Position numbers and translations under genes: made by a program
Shown here: piece after piece, positions 50,212 to 64,000 of the stretch
How positions within the stretch are numbered: the stretch's first letter is position 1
Layout of the letters: each line of letters starts with the position of its first letter
Assembly (NCBI GenBank): GCA_051294375.1
Contig: CM119265.1
Span: 20,928,221-20,992,220, forward strand
Length of the DNA: 64,000 bases
Direction of reading: 5' to 3'
From: Paraspadella gotoi
Lineage: Eukaryota; Animalia; Chaetognatha
The notes under the pieces: model-generated
Databases searched by the model: none
What the model was told of the DNA's origin: nothing
Seen by the model: only the letters and a program-made list of their open reading frames with translations

Positions 50212-51748
50212 TCCAGTTTTTTCCCACTTTTTAACGCGTTGGTGGGCTCTTGATAGCGCTGTATTTTTATATTTTTTGTTACTACCTTCCTTTCAGAATT
50301 TTTATGGGGCTGATCGACGTTATTTGAAATTGTTAACGAATTACGTATGTTTTTTTTTCTTTTGTCTTGTCATTTATTTTTTTATATAACTAAATTCTTG
50401 TCTTTGCAATAAAATCATGCAAATTAGTGATTCTCTTATTATTCGTGTGAAACCAAAACAATTTTAATGCTAAACTAATAACGAAACTACACTTGCACTC
50501 TTTGTTATTTTCTCTAATCTTTCTGCACAATTTGCACACTTTCTTTTACTTTTTTTAAACGTTTATTTGTGCTGCATAGCGATTTTCAAACTTTAATTAT
50601 GGTTAGACTTTTGGTCCTCTGTGATTTCCCATACGTTCATGCCAAAACTCTTAATTTAAAAAAATATTTTTTGTTTATATTACTCTGAACGGGCGTTATT
50701 TTTCCATATTCTTTTTTTCAATCAACTCGAGAGATTATACTCGGCTTAAATTTTAAAACAATCATGTTCACTCCAGTGTCTTTTTTCATTTTTTTTTCGT
50801 TTGATGATTTATTTTAACTATTGAGAAATTTTTCCTAGAAAGGTGGTTATTAGCCAAGTGGGGTTGAGTTAAAGTTAATAATAAAATAAGATTGCTTTCA
50901 TAATTTGCATCTAGTTCGTTTAACATTACTCTTTTTAAAGAGCTGAGGGTATATTTAGTATAATTAAGTGTTTGAAGTGCCTAGAAATTGCCTGAATATC
51001 GAATAAATAAATCTCAAATTTAGATAAGTTGTAGAATAATGTTATTAAATATTGCTAGTTTATGCTACCCACTATGTATTTTTTAGATTAGTTTGACTTC
51101 TCTCTGATACCATTTACAATCTTACCGTGTGATCTGGTATGTTCTTTAGTTAAACCGTGGTTTTTTTATATTATTACTGACATTTTCTTTATTTTGTCAA
51201 GTAGCTAGTATTATTACAGTTTGTCTGAAAGAAGCTAAGTCATATCAAAGAAATTCGTATACTTAGTTCCTGGTATAGTTATAAGAATATTTTTCAATTT
51301 ATTTTTTTTGGATGCGATATGAGTATATTATATTACATCTAGCCAATTTTTTGCACTCTTCCATACCAGTTTTGTTGCGAGGAAATGTTAATCATTGCTT
51401 GTAACGTCCCTTTTTAGAACAAATGAGATATATACTTAATTATCTATAGTACGAAAGCATATACTTCGATTTCAGATTTTTAGTCACAATAAAAACAGAA
51501 AAGATCTCCTAAAGAAGAATGTTTTATAATATTCTTTTACTAATTAAAAACTGAATTAAAAACTTGTTCGGCGACTGTCGGCTTTTCGACGATGCATGTG
51601 ATCTGAGAAACTTTTTCCAGAAACGTCCAACACTTATCGCCTCCGTCAAGAAAATACCCTCCTCGCCAAACAAAAAAAACAAAAAACAAACTCATCCGTG
51701 ATCCCGCTTCGAATCTTATTGCCGACACAAGCAAAAACAGCAAAGACC

Positions 51749-54368
51749 ATGTTGCGGAGGCGAACTCAGGACAACGGCCGATGCGGCTTCGACGACGGCC
51801 GCGACGGCACGACCTTCCCGCGTCTAGTCACTCCTCGTCTCCTCCTCTTCCTCTTCCTCCTGGGTGCCTCGCCCTCGCCGGCCCACTTGGACGAGCACGA
51901 CCACCTCTACAAGGACGGGGAGGAGGTCATCCTTTGGATGAACACCGTCGGTCCTTACCACAATCGTCAAGAAACTTATTCTTACTTCTCCCTCCCGTTT
52001 TGCAAAGGGAGTAAGCACACCATCGGTCATTACCACGAAACGCTCGGAGAGGCGCTACAGGTCTGGCCTTGATTTGAGTTTTCTCTTAATTCCTTTCGTG
52101 CTTACGATCGATTTTATTTCTCTCGAATGGCTTTTAAGGGCACCGAGCTGGAGTTCAGCGGTTTGGACATGTTATTTAAAAAGAACGTCGATAAAGTCGC
52201 TTACTGCACCATGGATTTGACGGAAGAAAGTCACGAGGCACTGGTTTACGCGGTCAAAAACCATTATTGGTGGGTACAAAGGATGATTTTATGGACTCTA
52301 TACGTATTCCTCGAATTGTAATTGCAGAAAGCAATAAGGATTATGAATTGCAAATTTCTGTTGATGATTTCCTAAATTCACAGCCACTCTAACCCGAACC
52401 TTACGAGAGACTAAGGCTAAATATTAAGATAATTCTCTGGGCGCGCAGGTATCAGATGTACATGGACGACCTTCCAGTCTGGGGAATCGTCGGGGAAATC
52501 GAGGACGACGGAAATTCTTTTTATATTTGGACTCACAAGAAGTTCGACATCGGCTACAATGGAGACCAAATTGTCGACGTTAACCTGACGAGCGAATTTA
52601 AAGTGAGTGACGCTGCTCGGAACCAACTTTCCTTTATGCATAGGAACTACGGTTAGGAATCTGATGTAAATTTGAGTTTCACCCATTTCGTCGATCCCAT
52701 CCACGTCGCTTTTCTCTCTTCCATTAAGGTCAAATTGGTGCCCAAGGCCAAAATTCCCATCACCTACGAAGTGCACTGGCGGCCATCCTCGGTGGTGTTC
52801 CACGATCGATTCGACAAATACTTGGACCCCAACTTTTTCCAGCACCGCATCCACTGGTTCTCCATCTTTAACTCTTTCATGATGGTCATTTTCCTCGTCG
52901 GTCTCGTCACCATGATCCTCATGCGGACTCTGAAGAAGGACTACGCCAGATACGCCAAGGAGGACGACGTCGAGGAGATGGACCGGGATTTGGGCGACGA
53001 ATACGGATGGAAACAGGTACGGGGCTAATCCCAGTTTTTCTCCCTCAATCCACTTTTTTTTTTATTTGCCCCCTTTTTTTTTTTTTTTTTGGCGCCCAGG
53101 TCCACGGAGACGTTTTTCGTCCGGCGACGCATCCGATGCTGTTTTCGGCGCTGATCGGCACCGGTTACCACATCTCCTTCGTCTCCCTTCTCGTGATCGT
53201 CGTCGCCATCTTAGGAGAGCTATACACGGAGCGCGGGTCCATGGTGTCCACCTCCATCTTTGTCTATGCTGCGACCAGTCCGATCAATGGATACTTCGGT
53301 GGATCTCTTTACGCTCGAATGGGAGGGAAAATATGGATCAAGCAAGTAGGTTTTTTTCTTCCGCCTGTTTTGACAAATTTTTTTCAAATTATTTTAACCT
53401 GTTTTTTTTTTTTTTTTCAGATGATCCTGTCGGCCTTCCTCCTTCCCTCCCTCGTTTGCGGCACGGCTTTTTTCATCAACTTCATCGCGATCTACTATCA
53501 CGCCTCCCGCGCCATTCCCTTCGGCACCATGGTCGCTGTCACGTGCATCTGCCTCTTCGTCATTCTGCCGTTGACCCTGGTCGGCACTATCCTGGGGCGC
53601 AATCTGGCGGGCACGCCCAATTATCCTTGCAGAATCAATGCTGTTCCTCGGCCGATTCCGGAAAAGAAATGGTTCATGGAACCCGCAGTTATCGTCACGG
53701 CGGGAGGGTGAGACGCGGGGCCAGAACTGAACGATTTCGGACGATGGGGGAGTTAATGATTTCTTCACTTTTAACCTTTCTTCGTCTCTTTTCAGGGTTC
53801 TTCCATTCGGATCAATCTTTATAGAAATGTATTTCATCTTTACCTCCTTTTGGGCGTACAAGATCTATTACGTGTATGGATTCATGTTGCTCGTTTTCAT
53901 CATCCTCGCCGTCGTCACTGTATGCGTCACCATCGTCTGTACCTATTTTCTGCTCAACGCCGAAGACTATAGGTTCGTTAATTTGTTGACTCAACTTGGT
54001 TGGGTCCTCTCTGTTTATTAAGTTTTAGTTTAAATATCTTTTCTCCACCAGGTGGCAGTGGACTTCGTTCTTGGCTGCGGCTTCAACCTCCGGCTACGTT
54101 TACATGTATTCATTTTATTACTTCTTCTTCAAGACGAAAATGTACGGGCTTTTCCAAACGATGTTCTATTTTGGATACATGGCACTTTTCTCCATGGCTC
54201 TCGGTAAGAAGCCGAACTTTGATTGTGCCAACCTCTGAGTTTTTTGATCCTTAATCATTAATCCATCTTTAATTTTTTTTATATCCAGGGCTTATGTGCG
54301 GGACATTTGGATACGTCGGTACAAGCGCCTTTGTTCGTAAAATTTATTCAACAGTAAAAATTGACTAG
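51749..54368 (+). CDS. TM9SF3: Transmembrane 9 superfamily member 3, multi-exon
   Basis: [95 protein letters not shown]; C-terminus [12 protein letters not shown]. Confidence 0.97.
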
Positions 54369-55324
54369 TTTTAAAAAATTTTCAGAAATAAAGAGCGGTT
54401 CATATCTCATTTGTTTATTTTGAATGTTTGAGTGCCATCCTGTCTATTTTAGAAAAAAATTGGACAAATCCTTAATTTGCCGCTTATCCGTTTCGAGAGA
54501 TGTGCTAATTAATTTTTAGTGAAAGGAACTTTTGTTTGATCCTGTAATGTAGTTATTTGTTTGAAAGGGGCAAATATTTTACCTACTTGCAATTGGTAGT
54601 TATATTGATGGGATGTACGAGTTGCTGTTTGTGAGACGCGTATTCCGTAATTTGGCGAAGGTGAAAGAAAATTGGAATTACGGTTTCTCTTTAGCCATTT
54701 ATTTATAACTATAATCTTTCTCGCTCTCATTTCCAGATTAATTTTTCAAGTCTTTTTTTTTTTTACTTCAGATCGATCGACGCGTTTTTTTTTTCGATCA
54801 TTAACTGATTAAGCAGTAGTTGTCATTTAATTCATCTTAATTCTAATTCATATTATATGCTCGCCTCGTATTAGTCGGAGCTTCAAAGGAGAAAGACGGA
54901 AGGCCGTTTGTAAATACGAGTAGTGCAGAGGTTAAATTCTTCCCTGTTTTTAGCAACAAAAAAAAAAAGATCAAATTTTCGGGTTGGAAGGGACGGAAAG
55001 TCGCCGTCTTTATATAATCTCCGCTTTATATCGTGTAAGTTTGTTCTCATCCCCAATGTTTCCACCGCATCGGTTTTTCTAAGGAAGGTTAATCGTGACA
55101 CGTAATTAATAATTGTTCAAAAAAAACAAAAAAAACAACAACTTTATAGATATATTTGTCTGAGCGTTATTATTAAGTTTATAATTTCACCGCATTTCTA
55201 CAAATTGTAATTATAAAAAAGTAAGTCTTCGGCTGAGCGCGTTGTGTTCACGCGTTTTCCCTGTTTGCGAAGTCTTCACCGCAAGTGCCTTCCATCGATA
55301 ACAAACCAAAAAAACAAAAAAACA

Positions 55325-58300
55325 ATGGACCCTCGTCTTTCGACATTAGTCGCTGGCATCGAGACGCAAAGCGTTCATCGAATTTTGGCGCCGATCGCCA
55401 ACCAATTGTCTCGTCTCCTTCTATTTCACGAATCGCGCCAAGTCGCCGTGTCCGAGGATAAAACGACGCGCGTCGACGAGGGCGCCGAGTTAGCGTCCTC
55501 TGAGCTTCCGGCGCTCACGGACGCCATAAAATTGACACTGACTGAATTGACGACGGCAGCGCTTGATGGGAGGGATGCGAAAGATCCTCTCTCTCCGATC
55601 GAGGCGAAAGACAAAGGTTATTAATTAAGGCGGGCAAAAATTGATCGTTTTATCATTGAGTTCTGTAATATAAAATTCATTTTTTCATCATATACTTAAT
55701 TATTATTTATTATCAGTTTTTTAACTAGTGAATATATATATTTATATTTTTTTTAAATATTTTTTTTCTCCTCGCAGATGCGGACGTTTTTCGAGTCTCC
55801 ATGGCGACGGCGTGTCGCGATCTCTCGATCTCCGCCGAGGAGTTGACTTCAGCAGCCTCTATGATCTCCCTATCGATGGATCTCGTCCGAGACGAACCTA
55901 CCATCGCCCGATCTCCCGAGACAGCCGCGCGTCTCCACGACGAAAGCGCCCGATTAGTCAAGGCGGCCAACGCCGTTCTGCAACAAACAATTCACGTTCT
56001 TCTCCTCGCCGACGAGCAAGAGGCCAAGAATCTCGTCGTCCGCATCGATGGCGTCGTCGACGTCTTTTCCGTCTTCCTCGAGACGCGCGACATCAAGGAT
56101 CTCGTGCCGCGATTTCGCTCACTCACTGAATCCATTCTCGAAGCGACGGCAGCCGTAGAAAATCGCTCTCAAGATCTCTCGAAGCCGCGGAAGAGAGCCT
56201 CGGTCAACGCGGCCATCGTTGCCTTGCGGAAGACGCCGAGCGCCCTCTGCGCCGCTATGCAGACGTACGTCAAATATCCGGACAACGTGCAAGCCCGGAC
56301 TAGTCGCGACTTTGCCGCCGGTCAGTTCGTCGATGCGGTGGATGAGGTGAAGCGACTTTTGGTTGGGAAGGATGCAGAGGATGCTCCCGCCAGCTTCAGG
56401 CTTAACATTGACGAGGCCCTGGAAAGCCTTCGCCCCCAGCAAAGAACAGAACTGACAGAAGATTTTGACACCGTGGTTGAAGCCATTATCAGACACAGGT
56501 TCGCATTACTTATCCATGAAATTTTAATTTTAATTTTAGAATTAAATAAAAATTTCAAACGCAACGAAAAGAAAAGATAAGCACGAAAGAACAATGTCAA
56601 CCCATTGAAAAATTTTAAAATGTCTTTCGTTTAGCATGACGGTGTTGCATTTGACGGTTGACGAGTCGCATCGTTCCTCGATCGTCTCTGCGTGTCAACG
56701 CGTCCTCAAACTTAAGTCAAGCGTCGCCGATTACGTCAACAACGTCGCCGAGAATCCCTCCTTCCAACAGCTGCGACGAGATTTCGACTTTCTCGCCGAT
56801 AAGTTGGCCGACGGTTTTAAGGATCTCGAGTCGGTCGTTAACGAAGCCGTTTTGAAGCTTCTTGTCACGACCTTCGCTGAGACACACGAACCGTTGGAAC
56901 GTCTTATCAAAGTGGCCATGGTGTCGGACGAGGCAGAATCTTCATCGGCGGACTTTGAGGATTATGTGGACGACTTTGCGTTGCATGCAGAATCAATGGC
57001 CATGGTGGCCTCGTTTGTTGCGGGTGAGTAACTACAGTAGATGTTTCAGAATTTTCGATTCTATTCCGTTCATGAATTCATTCTCATTCGCCAGCCTCGT
57101 CATCCGACACACGACGCGTCTATCTCCTCCAATCTTCCCTCCGTCGACTCGAGTCTCTCGATCCAGAAGTTGTCCCTGGCGTCGCCGCTCTCCGCGCCCG
57201 CGCCGACGACGCCGCCGCCCTCGAGCATCTTCGCCTTTTGAAGTCCGAATGGCGGTCGACCCTCGAATCGGTCGCCGCTGTCGTCGACGAGATGGTGGAC
57301 CCACGCGCCTTCTTCGAAGCCTCTCTTGCCGCTATGAAAGAGCGCATCTCTACTTTGCGCGGGGCTTTGCTCGGGCGTGACGCCACCTTTGCACTGCAGG
57401 AGTCTCGCGCGCTCGCCGCTATGGGTTCGCATGTGGCTCAAGTCGGTAGATCCGTCGTCAACCGGTGTTGCGACGTGACATTTCGTGCCGGACTTTCCTC
57501 CTTGGTTACGCAGATGGAATCGGCCCCGCCCGAGCTTAGGCGTGCGACGAGGCGCTCCATCAGCGCCTGGAACGATGAGTCTAATGACGACGTCGTTAAC
57601 CGCGCCCGCGACAGAAACATGAACAAAGCGTATCGCACGCTGAATTGCGCGCAGCGCGTTTTGAAAGGAATGAACGCAGAAAATCATCCGGATGTTTTTA
57701 CTGCCATCAGAAGAGCAACGAAAAAAGAAAAGAAGGGAAATAATAAGCCTGAATTGGACGTTCAGCAATTCGAAGATAAGGTGACTCGAAAAGAGAATTA
57801 CCTCGAGGATCTCGAAAAAGAAAACCGATATCACGAGGTAACGCGAATCCTGGCCACCGCTTCCAGTAAATCTGTGACTTCCGCGCTCTCGCCGATCTCC
57901 GGCGCTACCCTCGTTCGTCACGCCCTTTCGACATCCGCCGCCCGCCTCGATTTTCTTCTTGACCGCCTGGCGGCGCGTGCTAATCATCTGACAGAAGTGG
58001 CCGATGATCTTATTGCGCATGTGACTAGTCCAGCCTCGCGGGTTTCTCTTGACGCGACTACGAAAGAGTTGACCGATGCGACACCTTCTCTGGTCTCGCG
58101 GGCCAAACGCGTCCACAAGGGCGACATTAACGAGTTAGCGGCTTTAAATCGGGCTGCCGCGGATTGGGATGACCTCGTGACGAAGTTGGAGGCTCGTCTA
58201 GAGGAGGAACTCATGTTCTGGGAAGCTCCGCTGGCGAATCTTAAGGACGCCGTTGACGCCGGGGACGAGCGACGAGTCGATTCAGAGGGTATCAAGATCC

Positions 58301-61300
58301 AAGATATCTCCCAAAGTTGGTCGCAAGTGTTGGGGATGACATTGACGGCGATAGAAGCTCGACGAGGCGATGACGGGGCCATCCTTTTTCCGGCTCGAGT
58401 CAACTCATCCGACGACGTTCTTCGCCGTCAATTGCAGCAGCATGCTAAGGATTTGCCACGGCTGACGCAACATTTGCTCTCCTCTGCCGATGTGAAATCG
58501 CAACAAGACAAAGACGATTTTTCCGACGCCAACACCCCCTTTCGTCGAGCTTGTCGAGAGTGGAGCGCTGGCTTCTATATCGCCTGTAAGCGCATTGACG
58601 AAGCCATGTGGAAGGGATTCCCGCAGACCGTACTGCAGGACTCCTTGATAGGCGTCGACGTCGGCCAAACGCAAAAGGCCCTCGCTGCTATTCGCGATGC
58701 GAACGAAAACTATGTCGCCATGGCGGAAATTCTGCAGGAAGTCGGACAAGAAAAGTTGGATTCGGAAAAGTTGTCCAAAGTGCTGCAGTTGGCGAGAGAA
58801 TCAAAGCTTCTTTCTGAGGCGATCGCCGACGTCGCTAAAGCCGTGGCCAACAACAAACCCGCCACGTTAGACGATGGCGGCGATGGAGGCACTCGAGTTT
58901 CCAACTTCATCCATTCTGGCGCCGAACTGCGACGTCGCCTGTTCTCCATTGCGCCCCTAATTCAGAAGGTCGCCATCCTCACCCGGGCCTGGACGGCCAA
59001 GGTCGAGAGTCTCGCGATTGAAATCGATGGCGTCGTGGAAGAAACTGCGGCTTCCGTCGACGAACTGCTGGGGATGGCTTACGGTCTTCTCGGTAACTGA
59101 TAATAATCTAGTTATAAGTTAAATGATACTTCTTAAGTACATAATTATTGGATTATTCTTAAGGTCGAAGCATCGGCGTGTCCTCAACGAGTTTCTCGTC
59201 CGCCTCCCGCCAATGGGATTCGGCGGCCGACGCTTTTATAGAAAGAATCATCGCCGCCAAACGATCGGCGAGGGATCAACTTCAACGCCTCGTCGACGGC
59301 GCTCATCATGAAAACGCCCACGACGTCGCCTCAGGTGACTATTTGAGCCCCTCCTCAGTAACATTAAAAGACTGTGTTCACTCGCTTACAGTTACATTCT
59401 CTTTTCGTCAACAGCGCTCGAAGCTTTCTCGGACGTGAGTCATCGTCTCCACGCTTTTCTCACCGACCTGGCCGATCACGGATCCCGTAAGTCGCCAACC
59501 GACAACCCATCTTCTTCCGCCTTCCAACATGCTCTCGACGGTCGCGGGGTCGCCGCTCTGTTGCGTCGAGAGTGGGCGTGCCAAGCTCACGCGCTCGTGC
59601 ATGCCCTGCAGAAATCGCCCGGTGTTAGCGAATCCGTTATTGGTAATTGACAAAACTAATTTATTAAACTACACAAAATTAGACTAATGTGTTTTCAATG
59701 ACTCGTCTTGTTTCTCAAGGTGAAGTGAGGCTTTTGATTCTCGGCCAAGCCGACAAACTTCGCCGCTACTCTTCTTCGTCTTCTTCTATGGACGATAACG
59801 ACGACGCCGTCGCCAAGTCATCAGAACCCCGCCAACCGCCGTCGCCGCCGGCTTCATTCTGTTTCGCCACGCCCTCTTCTAGTCACGCCTCTTCGTCGGT
59901 GCGTCGTCGACAAACTCCGCGCGAAAGACGTCAGTTAAAGAGTCTCAAGCCGTTGATGATGTCGACCAAGTTCTCCGATTCGCCGCTTCTCGACGTCACT
60001 TCCACACCGATCCGTAAGAAGCGGGAAACTAACATTGGTGGTGCGGTAACGTCGCCGCCTTTGGAAGGAACGCCCATCCGAAAAAAAGAAATTAAGAAAC
60101 TCGAGGGAGAAGCGACGAAAGTTGCTTCCACGGATGATGATGAGGAAAATGCGAACGGTGAGATAGCAGTTTCCGAAAATCCCTTCCCGTCGTTGGTCGA
60201 CGCGATTCAACAGACAGACGTGGTGGAGCATCCGTCGGACAAGAAAACTTCGACGGACGTCTTCACGGAGCCTTCCCCCCTCGACGGCGAGAGTTCCAGT
60301 TTGGACACGACGATAAAATCTTCGAAAAAAATCGCCGACGCAGCGTTTTCGTTGCAACGTGAAACGGAGAAGTTTGGAATCGAAGCGACGAAAGAGAACG
60401 CAGTGATGAAAGTAAGCTGGTTTCTGGCGTTTTTGCTATAATTTTCACAAGCACCATGTAATTTTTTAAACCATAAAATATTTATTTTAAAACTTCTGGC
60501 ACTCGCAATCTCGTAAGGCGGCCAACTCCATGTCCCTGCGTATGAGCGCTATCGCTGACTACTTTCGAGCATCTCCGTCTGCCGAAGACGCCTTTCGCAC
60601 GAAGGAGGACTTGCTAAAGTCGACGAGGGCGATAGCCTCCGACGGCGCCGTCATCGTACGATTCGCCAAAGCAATCGCCCTGCTTTGCGCCGACAGCGAC
60701 GCTGGCAGGGTAAGGATGAGTTAAACCTGAATGAAGAGCTATGAGAATTTACATTAGTTGTTTTTTTTTTTGTTTTTTTTTCAGGATCTTCTTTACTACT
60801 CGAATCAAATTTCTAGTCTTTCGACCCAACTGACGATCCTGGCCTCGGTCAAGGCCTCATCGTCGTCTTCACCTTCGACCGTCGGACTTCCACGCGATAC
60901 GCAACAGTCCGACGCCGTCCTCGTGAAAAACGCGCAGAATATGATGGAAGCCGTCTCGCGAACCTTGCGCGCCGCGGAAGGCGCCTGCGTGAAGGTGAGA
61001 TTAGTGGATGAAAGAGACCATTATTGTTTTGTGATTTTTGAGGTAGTTTTTTTTCCCCATCTCAGGGTTTAGTACATTCGCCTTCCTCTTCGCCCACGCA
61101 TGCCGCGACGACGGTCGCAAAAGAAAATGAAGAAGATGAATCCATGGCCTTGGCGGCGGTGGCGTTGTCGCGTCTTTGGCGCGACCATCTTGACCGTTAT
61201 CGTCGATCGGAAGTCTCTTCTTCTATACTAGGAGGTTTGGGGCTGAGGAGAGTGGACAGCTCAAAAGCGGCGCCGAAACTTATTGAACTCGCTACTATTT

Positions 61301-61302
61301 AA
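55325..61302 (+). CDS. Long vinculin/alpha-catenin-family protein (~1700 aa, about 10 exons)
   Basis: N-terminal IETQSVHRILAPIANQLSRLL; AMQTYVKYPDNVQARTSRDF; FAETHEPLERLI; LESLDPEVV..EHLRLLKSEW; tail FRTKEDLLKSTRAIASDG..FAKAIA and ISSLSTQLTILASVKA..LVKNAQNMMEAVSRTLRAAEGACVK, all alpha-catenin/catulin/vinculin-like. Confidence 0.85.
55624..55732 (+). repeat. Intronic fragment of the element at 62954
   Basis: attaaggcgggc..aattgatc..ctgtaatataaaatt..atatacttaat..atttattatcagttttttaactagtgaa is shared with 62953-63054. Confidence 0.8.
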
Positions 61303-61791
61303 ACCACTTTTGACTTGAAAATGGTTCCATTTTTTGGGCTCTATTTCAGTAAACTTTGATCGGAAATGTAAAAAAAAACAACATTGCAATAATAATTACG
61401 TATTCTTTACATCGCTTCTAAAAGCGCTTAAATATTTTTCTTCTTCACACTCTTGTGCCTTTAAAATTTTATATTGATATTAATTTTATATACATGAAAA
61501 GTTACGATTGCTCATTTTGTAATCTTTTTGGTTTTGTTACGTTTAATTTTATCTTTTTCGTTAACAACTTTTTATTTCCAGTGACTAGCGTCTCTGTTGT
61601 GACATTTTTTGAAAGGATTAAATCTGAAACATGATCTCATGAACAATTAAATTGTGGGCGCTCATATTAGAAACTAGCCCCGAAACGCTTCACTTTGCCA
61701 ATTAGCCCCTCGTGAGAAGTATTACCCGAGCCGTCGAAGCATTTGTCACGTGACTTGACCGGACTCTATTAAGTCGATATAAACCGCGACG

Positions 61792-62523
61792 ATGATCCAG
61801 TTTATGCTGCTCTTCAGTCGTCAGGGCAAACTCCGCCTTCAAAAGTGGTACGTGCCTCACCCGGATAAAGTGAAGAAAAAGATCACGCGCGAACTCGTTA
61901 CCACCGTCTTGGCGCGGAAGCCCAAGATGTGCTCCTTCCTCGAGTGGAAAGATTTGAAGGTGAGGCGACGTCGCGGGTCTATTCGGAGAAAATTTATTTT
62001 TCATCCTCACTTTTCGGTTTTTCGGTATGTCTGTCCGTCGGTCTGTTCCACTTACGCTAAAAACGTTTATAACTTGCCTATCAAATCTAAGCAACTACTT
62101 GGAATAACCGTTCCTTGTTTTCCCTTCTTAAAGATTGTCTACAAGCGATACGCGTCTCTCTACTTTTGCTGCGCCGTGGAAAATTCAGACAACGAACTTC
62201 TTACGCTGGAAATCATCCACCGCTACGTGGAACTTCTCGACAAGTACTTTGGCTCAGTTTGCGAGCTTGACATCATCTTCAATTTCGAAAAGGTTTGAAT
62301 TTTTTTTTTTGGGGGGGGGTGGAATTTAGATCATTTTTCAATGGTTCTGGAATTAAAAATAAAATCGTGTCTCCAGGCCTACTTTATGCTGGACGAACTT
62401 CTACTCGGAGGCGACGTCCAAGAAACTAGCAAAAAGAACGTGTTAAAAGCCATCGCCGCGCAGGACCTGCTTCAGGAGGAGGAGACGCCGCAGGGCTTCT
62501 TTGAGGACCACGGGCTCGGTTGA
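61792..62523 (+). CDS. AP1S: AP-1 adaptor complex sigma subunit, 3 exons
   Basis: [34 protein letters not shown]|[27 protein letters not shown]|[34 protein letters not shown]. Confidence 0.97.
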
Positions 62524-62953
62524 ATTGAGGGGGAGGAGATGACTGAAAAGATTTAACAAGGTCGCCATTATATTATTATTAGCATTAATAGTGAATCTGT
62601 TGTTTTTTTTCATAATTTCTGCATGTCGAAATGTTTCCTTATTGACCCAACTCTAGCAATCTCTAAAGCGTGATCTGTATATTTTATAATGTGTTTATAT
62701 AATGTACTAAATTTCGGTGTTAAATTTAGAATGTAATATTAGATTTTTTTTAGTAAAACCGCCTAGCTTTTCTTTAATTTGTTTTATTGCATTGAACGAT
62801 GTTATACATATTAAGGAGCTTATTTTTCAAAATATTTGCATTTTATTGTTTTATATAATTTTATTATGTGATTTAAGATATTAAAACCTCAAGGGTGCCA
62901 AAGTTAGTCTCTTTATTTATCGCTTATATGTATTCTACGTAGGGCCCTATATA

Positions 62954-63770
62954 TTAAGGCGGGCTACAATTGATCACTTTTTATCTGTAATATAAAATTT
63001 ATTTGTCCATAATATACTTAATCAATATTTATTATCAGTTTTTTAACTAGTGAAGCACAATATAACATTGAAGCATTTAAATATTTATCAATGCATAAGC
63101 AATGAAAAATTTTGTTTTTTAAATTTTATTTTTTAAAAACGGATTCAGATAGTCCATAAAAAGTTGTTTACACAAAGGATAATGCGTTTTTCAATATTTT
63201 GATGATAAGTGGGTCCAATGATGGAAAAACTTTTTAAAATCATCATTATCATCATCATACTGTAATTTTTATAGTTTTTGCTAATTTTAACCAATAAAAC
63301 ATATAAATTTAGCAATCTTGTAATAATATTTTTTATTTATTTTTTGAAGCTGTACCCAAATCTGATTCTGATTTTGAAAAAAAAATTTTTTATAGTAATA
63401 CGATAAACTTTAAATGCTTCTATGTTATTAACTATATATTTTTAAAATATCGTTATCCCACAGGGATGCTAACGTTATGTAACAGGGATATAACGTTATT
63501 TATATTACAGAACTCTTAGTTTTTACTTTGTTCCGCCTTACTATATATAGTTGGTGGCTCTATACTTTACTAATTTTTTATCGTCTTCTAGAGCATATAC
63601 ATTTGTATGTAGTTATTACTTTCGATGATAGCTCGCGAGATAGTATTTTTAATATAGGGAAATTTATTGTATATGTCGTAGTTTTACTTACATCAAACTC
63701 AGTTTATAAACAGAAAAAAGGTAGTTATATATCGATCTTATTTTATCGATGATTAAATAGGCCGCATTAA
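62954..63770. mobile_element. Putative non-autonomous TTAA-flanked DNA transposon (Kolobok-like)
   Basis: Left end TTAA|ggcgggctacaattgatca; degenerate inverted right end tgattaaataggccgca|TTAA; the left ~100 bp is repeated at 55624. Confidence 0.4.
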
Positions 63771-64000
63771 CTAAAAGAAACTATATACGTATTGATTCGT
63801 TCATTTATCTATTCACATAGTGAATTATGAGCATAAGAATTTTGAACTGCCGAAGATTTCTTTACAAATTAAACTTTTTTTCTTGTCACATAAATATGTA
63901 CCGCTTGTGATGATTCTATTTATTTAACCTTCCAACTTTTAAATTAATTAAGAACTGAGTTTTCATCGCCCTATTCGATTTGGCCGCGAACTTTGAACAG

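Noticed and set aside
57100-58116. 338-aa minus-strand ORF and other antisense ORFs over GC-rich exons
   Set aside because: They overlap well-supported + strand genes and have no recognisable motifs.
63450-63500. Resemblance of taacagggatataacg to a homing-endonuclease (I-SceI) site
   Set aside because: It does not match TAGGGATAACAGGGTAAT; it is a short imperfect direct/inverted repeat inside a probable MITE.

Overview
Eukaryotic DNA from a compact, AT-rich animal genome. Coding exons are GC/CpG-rich, most introns are short (about 50-90 nt) GT-AG introns, and there are two 10-N assembly gaps. The AP-1 sigma C-terminus and the extra Cys-rich EGFR domain suggest a protostome-like invertebrate, but the taxon cannot be fixed from this window. 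Eleven intact genes could be assembled by hand, all on the + strand: a giant acidic KH-KH-Tudor protein, EGFR, a six-repeat atypical RRM-like protein, centrin, an aldo-keto reductase, TTI1, STAM, an AT-hook/C2H2 zinc-finger protein, TM9SF3, a long vinculin/alpha-catenin-family protein and AP-1 sigma. Four signals stand out. (1) A co-oriented, tightly packed 9-gene run (35.6-62.5 kb) has unpaired splice acceptors ahead of start codons, as expected for a spliced-leader trans-spliced operon. (2) An unrecognised RNA-binding protein has six divergent RRM-like repeats and a PY-NLS-like tail. (3) A ~2200-aa KH/Tudor protein is inflated by tandem acidic repeats and has a degenerate Tudor aromatic cage. 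(4) Stop-interrupted but splice-compatible exon-like segments lie on the minus strand across 0.2-15.4 kb. Several small non-autonomous transposons are also visible. All gene models were read by eye with no database search.
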